64,000 nucleotides of DNA from Alphaproteobacteria bacterium (lineage in GTDB: Bacteria; Pseudomonadota; Alphaproteobacteria; MPNO01), in assembly GCA_964291675.2 (NCBI GenBank), contig OZ219865.1:800001-864000 (forward strand). The letters are read 5' to 3'. Both the position numbers and the translations under genes were made by a program. Shown piece by piece: positions 58,300 through 64,000 of this stretch. Numbering within the stretch: position 1 is the first letter of the stretch; each line of letters opens with the position of its first letter. The notes beneath the pieces are model-generated. The model did not search any database. It saw nothing but the letters and a program-made list of their open reading frames with translations, and was not told the origin of the DNA.

Positions 58300-59640
58300 T
58301 CACTCCAGCATCGTGTTGGGCAGGATGAGCGATAGCTGCGGGAACGCGACCAGGATCGCCAGGCACACCATCATCGCCGCCCAGAACGGCAGGATGCCGA
58401 CATATATGTCCCGCATCGGCACGTCGCGCGCCACCCCCTTGACCACGAAGACGTTCATGCCGACCGGCGGGCTGATCAGCGCCATCTCCAGGATGATCAC
58501 CATCAGGACCCCGAACCAGATGCGCAGATCGCTGGACTCGGGCCGCATGCCGAGGAATTCCGGGATCTGCGACTGCTCCACGATCGGCAGCACGATCGGC
58601 AGCACCAGGACCATCATCGCGAACCCGTCGAGGAAGGTGCCGAGCGCGATGAAGGCGAGCAGGATGATCGCCAGCAACTCGATCGGCCCCAGATCGAGCG
58701 CGGTCAACGCGCCCGCCAGGTTCTCGGGGATCTGGGTCAGCGCCAGGAACGGCGAGAACACCGCCGCGCCGATGATGATGAAATAGATCATGACCGTCGT
58801 CGAGACGGTGTTCAGCAGCACCGAGCGGACGGCCGATGGCGGGAGGCGCCGGCGGAGGGCGGCGAACAACACCGCCAGCACCGCGCCCACCGCCGCCGCC
58901 TCCACCGGGGTGAAGACGCCGCCATAGATGCCGCCGATGGAGACCGCGATGATGAAGACGATCGACAGCCCGCGCGCCAGCGTGCGGCGCTTCTCGCGCC
59001 AGTCGTAGCGGCGGGCGGCGGGGCCGATGCCCGGGCGGATGGCGATCTGGATGAAGATCGTGACCAGGAAGATCGAGGCCAGCAGGATGCCGGGAATCAC
59101 GCCGGCGAGGAACAGCCGGCCGATCGACTCCTCGGTCAGGATGGCGTAAATCACGAACCCGGCCGAGGGCGGGATCAGGATGCCGAGCGTGCCGCCGGCG
59201 GCGACCGCCCCGGCGGCGAGCTTGCGGTCGTAGCCGAAGCGCGCCATCTCCGGCAGGGCGACCCGCCCGATGGTGAGCGCGGACGCCACCGACGAGCCCG
59301 ACAGCGCGGCGAAGCCGGTGCAGCCCAGCACCGTGCCGTGCGCCAGCCCGCCGCGCATCCAGCCGACCCATGCGTTCGCCGCGTCGTACAGGTCGCGGCT
59401 CATGCCGCACGCCCCGGCGACGTTGCCCATCAGGACGAAGAACGGGATCACGATCAGCTCGTAGAAGATCGCCGTCGACCAGGTCTCGGTGACCAGCGTC
59501 GCCAGCGCGGCGGGCCAGCTATTGAGGATCCAGAGCCCGGCGAACCCGACCGCGATCATGGCGATGGCGACCGGGACGCGCTGGCTCATCAGCACCAGGA
59601 TCGACGCCAGGCCGATTATGCCGAGCAGCGTGGGGTCCAT
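58300..59640 (-). CDS. dctM: TRAP transporter large permease
   Basis: IPFFVLMG, SGSSVA, AGGTLGILIPPS, FTPVEAA, SPPVGMN. Confidence 0.93.
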   Translation of the reverse strand: MDPTLLGIIGLASILVLMSQRVPVAIAMIAVGFAGLWILNSWPAALATLVTETWSTAIFYELIVIPFFVLMGNVAGACGMSRDLYDAANAWVGWMRGGLAHGTVLGCTGFAALSGSSVASALTIGRVALPEMARFGYDRKLAAGAVAAGGTLGILIPPSAGFVIYAILTEESIGRLFLAGVIPGILLASIFLVTIFIQIAIRPGIGPAARRYDWREKRRTLARGLSIVFIIAVSIGGIYGGVFTPVEAAAVGAVLAVLFAALRRRLPPSAVRSVLLNTVSTTVMIYFIIIGAAVFSPFLALTQIPENLAGALTALDLGPIELLAIILLAFIALGTFLDGFAMMVLVLPIVLPIVEQSQIPEFLGMRPESSDLRIWFGVLMVIILEMALISPPVGMNVFVVKGVARDVPMRDIYVGILPFWAAMMVCLAILVAFPQLSLILPNTMLE

Positions 59641-59654
59641 CGCCGGGGCCGCGA

Positions 59655-60179
59655 TCAGTCGGCGGGCGCGGCGGCGTGGCCCTGCGCGGCCCAGGCCAGG
59701 GTGAGGCCGATGCTCCGTCCGGCGGCGAGGCGCGCGCACTCCACGGCGAGCACCAGGCTCTGGAACCCGGCCGCCGCCGCCAGCACCCAGTAGAACGGCT
59801 GGAACGGGATCTCGATCATGTTGGTCGCGCGGTTGAACAGCTCCGCGTCGTCACCCTCGATCCAGCCCCGCCAGGCCAGCAGGACGAAGATCGCGATGCC
59901 GATCGACCGCACCGCGAGATCGCGCGCCGCCGTCAGCGCCCGCGCGCCGTAGTCGGGGATGAGATCGACCACGATGTGGCCGCCGACGCGCCAGGTGAAG
60001 GGGAAGGCCAGCGAGATCACCAGCACCATCCCCATCTCCAGCAAATCCTTGCCGCCGAGGATCGGCGCATCGAACAGGTAGCGCAGAATCACGTCGACGA
60101 AGGTGAGCCCGATCAGCCCGAGCAGGGCCGCGCCGGCGGCCAGCGCGAGAGCCGCGCAGAGGATGTCGAGCGCTCTCAC
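59655..60179 (-). CDS. dctQ: TRAP transporter small permease
   Basis: DVILRYLFDAPILG, GHIVVD. Confidence 0.9.
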   Translation of the reverse strand: MRALDILCAALALAAGAALLGLIGLTFVDVILRYLFDAPILGGKDLLEMGMVLVISLAFPFTWRVGGHIVVDLIPDYGARALTAARDLAVRSIGIAIFVLLAWRGWIEGDDAELFNRATNMIEIPFQPFYWVLAAAAGFQSLVLAVECARLAAGRSIGLTLAWAAQGHAAAPAD

Positions 60180-60206
60180 CGCCGCGCGGCTCGCGCCCGG
60201 GCGCGG

Positions 60207-61208
60207 TCAGTTCTTCATCGCCTCGACCACCCGGCTCGCCGGCAGCCCCCTGCCGTCGAGTTCCTTGAGCACCCCGGCGACGGCGGCGGCGGCGCGCGCA
60301 TCGAACGCCTTGCGCGCCTCCGGCGTCAGCTCGATCACGGTCTTGCCGGGCGCCGCGCGGAACTTGGTCAGCGCGATGTCGCCGAACTTGGCAAGCAGCG
60401 CGGCCGAGCGCAGGCTGATGCCGAGGCCGGTGAGCTTGTCGAGCGCCGCCCGGTGGCCGGCCGGGAGCTCGTTATAGGCATCCTCGTTCATCACCATGAA
60501 GATCGTCGTCGGCATCTCGGGCAGGCCGATGGTGACGTATTTGGAGGTCTCGATCAGCTTGAAGATCAGCAGCGAGTCCACGCCCATCAGCGCGCCGTCG
60601 ACCACGCCGGTGCTCATCGACGTATAGACCTTGGTCGCCGGCATCGGCACCGGCGTCGCGCCGTAGGCGGCGACCACGGAAGCCGCCGACCTGGAGGCGA
60701 CGCGCAGCTTCATCCCCTTGAGATCGGCGAGCGTCCGCACCGGCTTGTCGCGCATCATGAACACCGCGGGCGGGGTGACGAACAGGGCCAGCGGGACGGT
60801 GCGCTTGAACTCGTCGCGCAAATGGGCGTCCATCGTCTTCCACAGCTTGCGCGTCGCATCCTCGGACCCGGCGGTGACGCCGGGGAGCTCGATCAGCAGC
60901 GTCTTGGGGAAGGCCGAGGAGGTATAGCCCGGCAGGCCGTAGGAGATCTCGGCGATGCGCCGCACCGCGCGCTGGTATTGCTCGACCGGACCCTTGCCGA
61001 GGGCGCCCGCGGCGTAGACCTTCATCTTGACCGCGCCGCCGGTCGCCGCTGCGAGATCGTCGCCGAGCTTGAGAAACACCGGCTTGTGCAGGATGTACTG
61101 CGTCGGCACGAAGCTCGCGAATTTGAGCACCGTCTCGGCCGCCGCCGGCGCGTGCAGCCAGGCCAGCGTCAAGAGCAGAGCTGTTGCGCCAAAGGCCGAT
61201 TTTCTCAT
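60207..61208 (-). CDS. dctP: TRAP transporter substrate-binding protein
   Basis: Signal peptide, DLKGMKLR, YGATPV, GVVDG. Confidence 0.9.
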   Translation of the reverse strand: MRKSAFGATALLLTLAWLHAPAAAETVLKFASFVPTQYILHKPVFLKLGDDLAAATGGAVKMKVYAAGALGKGPVEQYQRAVRRIAEISYGLPGYTSSAFPKTLLIELPGVTAGSEDATRKLWKTMDAHLRDEFKRTVPLALFVTPPAVFMMRDKPVRTLADLKGMKLRVASRSAASVVAAYGATPVPMPATKVYTSMSTGVVDGALMGVDSLLIFKLIETSKYVTIGLPEMPTTIFMVMNEDAYNELPAGHRAALDKLTGLGISLRSAALLAKFGDIALTKFRAAPGKTVIELTPEARKAFDARAAAAVAGVLKELDGRGLPASRVVEAMKN

Positions 61209-61314
61209 CGTCTCTTCTCCTTCAACTCCGACTCCAAGGGGATTCGATTCGAACCGTATCCGATCGGCCGGCGGGTGTCGAACGACGCGGCGGATGCCCC
61301 AGGCTCGCTCTCGG

Positions 61315-62502
61315 CTACGCGGCCGAGCCCGGCCACAAGCGCTGCGTGGCGATCCGCGCGCCCTCCGCCAGGGCCTCGAACTTGGCCCAGACGACCGAGG
61401 TGGCGACCTGCGGCTCGGCGGCGGCGAAGGTGCCGAAGCCGCAATCGGCGCCGGCGATCACCCGCTCGCGTCCTACGATGCCGGCGTAGCGGCACAGCCG
61501 CTGGGCGATCAGCCGGGGGTGCTCGACGAAATTCGACGTGGAATCGATCACGCCCGGGATCAGCACCTTGTCGGCGGGGATGTCGCCGCGGGCGAGGTCC
61601 TCCCATTCGTGCTCGTGGCGCGGGTTGGCGCCCTCGAACAGGAAGCCGGCCGGGCGCGCCTTCATGCAGATCGGCAGCACGCTCGCCAGCGCCACGTCAT
61701 GGGTGTGCGGGCCCTCGTAATTGCCCCAGCAGATATGCAGCCGCATGCGGTCGGCGGGGATGCCGGCGGTGGCGTGGTTGACCGCCTCGACATTGCGCTC
61801 GGCGATCCTGAGGAACGCCCTCTCGTCGAGATGCTGGTACTGGTTGTGCCGCGCCGAGCCGAGATCGGGGCAATCGATCTGCAACAGAAACCCGGCGTCC
61901 ACGATCGCCTCGTACTCGGTCTTCATCGCATCGGCGAGCGCCGCCACGTAGGCGTCCTCGCTGGGGTAGTGGGCGTTGGGCACGAACTTGGTCAAAACGC
62001 CCGGCGAGGCCGCGTTCATGAACGCCTCGGTCGGCGCGGCGGCGGCGACCGCCTCGCCGAGATTGGCCAGGTCGCGCTCCAGCGGACCGCGATCGGCATA
62101 GGCGACCGGCCCGATGCAGCAGGGGCGCTCGAACGCCCCGATCCATTGCCCCTGCGAGGCGCGCACCCGGTCGTGAAAATCGGGATGGTCCAGCAGGTCG
62201 CGGCCCGGCAGCGCGCCGGTGCCGCGATCGATTTCGGGTCCGGCGGCGCCGATGCCGTCCAGCCGGTGCTTGACGTAGAAGGTGTAGGCGATCTTGCTCA
62301 TCTCGCCGTCGCTGACGATGTCGATCCCGGCATCGACCTGCCGCGCGACCGCTGCCGCGACCGCGGCCCGCGCCGCCGCCTCGAGCTCGGCCGCATCGTG
62401 CTCCAGGCCCCGCTCCTCGTCCTCCAGCAGCGCCAGCAGGCCGTCCGGCCTCGGCAGGCTGCCGACATGGGTGGTCAGGATGCGATCGGTGCCGAGCTTC
62501 AA
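61315..62502 (-). CDS. Cobalamin-independent methionine synthase II-like (single-domain MetE / thiol transferase family)
   Basis: TTHVGSLPRP, SDGE, HICWGNYEGPH, DCGF zinc ligands. Confidence 0.88.
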   Translation of the reverse strand: MKLGTDRILTTHVGSLPRPDGLLALLEDEERGLEHDAAELEAAARAAVAAAVARQVDAGIDIVSDGEMSKIAYTFYVKHRLDGIGAAGPEIDRGTGALPGRDLLDHPDFHDRVRASQGQWIGAFERPCCIGPVAYADRGPLERDLANLGEAVAAAAPTEAFMNAASPGVLTKFVPNAHYPSEDAYVAALADAMKTEYEAIVDAGFLLQIDCPDLGSARHNQYQHLDERAFLRIAERNVEAVNHATAGIPADRMRLHICWGNYEGPHTHDVALASVLPICMKARPAGFLFEGANPRHEHEWEDLARGDIPADKVLIPGVIDSTSNFVEHPRLIAQRLCRYAGIVGRERVIAGADCGFGTFAAAEPQVATSVVWAKFEALAEGARIATQRLWPGSAA

Positions 62503-62576
62503 TTTCGCGCCCTCCTGCGTCCCGGGCGAAAACAGACCGACGACCTTTCGAGATCGCCGCTAGCCCGGAACGGCCG

Positions 62577-63101
62577 TCAATCGGCGTGGCTTCGCGCCGG
62601 GTTCACGTGGCCGCAGTCCGGGCAGGTCCGCAGCGCCGGATCGGCGGCATATTCCTCCAGCACGCCGTTGACGCCCTGCTCCAGCCCGGCCACCTGGATC
62701 TCCCGCCGGTGCACCCGGGCGTCGCATTTCTCGCAGAACCATTCGAAGGCGTCGATGACGCCGGGCGCGCGGGTGCGCTCCACGATCAGCCCGATCGTGT
62801 CGGCGCCGCGCTGCGGGGAATGCAGCACGTGCGGCGGAAGCAGGAAGATCTCGCCCTCCCGGATCGGGATGTCCCGGCGCGCGCCGTCGTCGATCACCCT
62901 GAGCGTCATGTCGCCTCTGAGCTGGAAGAACAGCTCCTCGAGCGGGTCGTCGTGATAGTCGGGCCGTTGGTTCGGGCCGCCGACGACGGTCACGATGAAA
63001 TCCGCATCGGCCCAGATCGTCCGCCCGCCCGCGGGCGGCTTGAGCTCGTCCCGGTGCTCCTCGATCCATCCGGCCAGGTTGAGCGGCATCGCCAGGGCCA
63101 T
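62577..63101 (-). CDS. nbaC: 3-hydroxyanthranilate 3,4-dioxygenase
   Basis: LKPP, VGGPNQRPDYH..EELFFQ, HSPQR, two CxxC rubredoxin motifs. Confidence 0.9.
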   Translation of the reverse strand: MALAMPLNLAGWIEEHRDELKPPAGGRTIWADADFIVTVVGGPNQRPDYHDDPLEELFFQLRGDMTLRVIDDGARRDIPIREGEIFLLPPHVLHSPQRGADTIGLIVERTRAPGVIDAFEWFCEKCDARVHRREIQVAGLEQGVNGVLEEYAADPALRTCPDCGHVNPARSHAD

Positions 63102-63204
63102 CGATCTTCTCCCGAACGAATCGGCGGACCAGGACACTATGCCGGGTCTTCCGGGGAGTCCAACCGCGCCGATCCGTTCGACGGCCGCGCGCCGGCGGTC
63201 CGCC

Positions 63205-64000
63205 TTACCCGGCGGCCAGCCTGACCAGGGTCTCGGCCAGCACCCTGGCGCCATCGGCGAGGTCGGAGGGGGATGCGTTCTCGGCTTCGTTGTGGCTGAT
63301 CCCCTTCTCGCAAGGGACGAAGATCATGCCGGTCGGGCAGACATGGCTGAGCTGGCGCGCATCGTGCCCGGCCCCGGAGAAGATGCGCATGTGGCCGAGC
63401 CCGAGATCTTCGGCCGCCGCTTCGACGGTGTCGACCACCCTGTCGTCGAAGCGGATCGAGGGCGCCTCGGCGATGGTCCAGCTCTCGAAGCCGCAGGCAA
63501 GCGACGCGCCGCGGCAGATCTTCGCGACCCCGGCTTCGAGCGCCGCGAGCGTTTCGCTGTCGGGGTGGCGGATGTCGATCGAGAACAGCACGTCCGCGGC
63601 GACCACCGAGGGCACGTTGGGCCGGATCTCCATCATGCCGACGGTGAAGCGGTGCTCTTCGGTGCGATGCATGTTGCGCTGCAGCGCATCGATCATCCGC
63701 GCCGCCTCCCACAGCGCGTCGCGGCGCGCCGACAGGGGCGTGGTGCCGGCATGCGCCTCCTCGCCCGTCACCCGGACGCGCATGCGCCGCACCCCCTGGA
63801 TCCCGGTCACCACGCCGATGGGCAGCCCGGCGCGTTCGAGCGCCGGACCCTGCTCGATATGCGCCTCGACGAAGGCGGCGACGGGAAACCCGATCCCGCG
63901 CGGTTCCGCGCCCGGCGTGGCGGCGAGCGCGCGCGGCAGCTCGTCGGCGACGCTCACCCCCGCGCGGTCGGTTACCGCGAGGATGTCGTCGAGCGGGCGC
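63205..64000 (-). CDS. M20 Zn hydrolase (N-carbamoylase/allantoate amidohydrolase family), 5' end outside window
   Basis: EAHIEQGP, HAGTTP, SGAGHDA, MIFVP, SHNEAE. Confidence 0.9.
   Translation of the reverse strand, partial: RPLDDILAVTDRAGVSVADELPRALAATPGAEPRGIGFPVAAFVEAHIEQGPALERAGLPIGVVTGIQGVRRMRVRVTGEEAHAGTTPLSARRDALWEAARMIDALQRNMHRTEEHRFTVGMMEIRPNVPSVVAADVLFSIDIRHPDSETLAALEAGVAKICRGASLACGFESWTIAEAPSIRFDDRVVDTVEAAAEDLGLGHMRIFSGAGHDARQLSHVCPTGMIFVPCEKGISHNEAENASPSDLADGARVLAETLVRLAAG

Overview
GC-rich alphaproteobacterial (Rhodospirillales-like) chromosomal window. It opens with a core block (UPF0262, LMW phosphatase, maf, rng, yacG, tRNA-Phe). Most of the rest is aromatic/heterocycle catabolism: two TRAP transporters, a gentisate-dioxygenase-like cupin, a PadB-like molybdoenzyme with a fused PadC-PadD partner, an acetylene-hydratase-like molybdoenzyme heading a lower meta-cleavage operon, a LigB-LigA fusion dioxygenase, UbiD, a flavin monooxygenase and 3-hydroxyanthranilate dioxygenase. 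Accessory elements are: (i) an IS110 element inserted in a palindromic-repeat cluster, whose structured left end is a bridge-RNA candidate with putative guides that spell the end of another genomic repeat family; (ii) a ~15 kb sup-type type I PKS island (architecture known from sponge symbionts) with a TrwC relaxase remnant, lying inside the hopanoid gene cluster; (iii) a 1.4 kb toxin-antitoxin islet bounded by a 29-bp duplication of the dmpC 3' end; (iv) a foreign-looking pyrB-pyrD pair; (v) a candidate sRNA divergent from a LysR gene; and (vi) two families of REP-like palindromes, one nested. All calls come from motif recognition by eye; no database searches were run.
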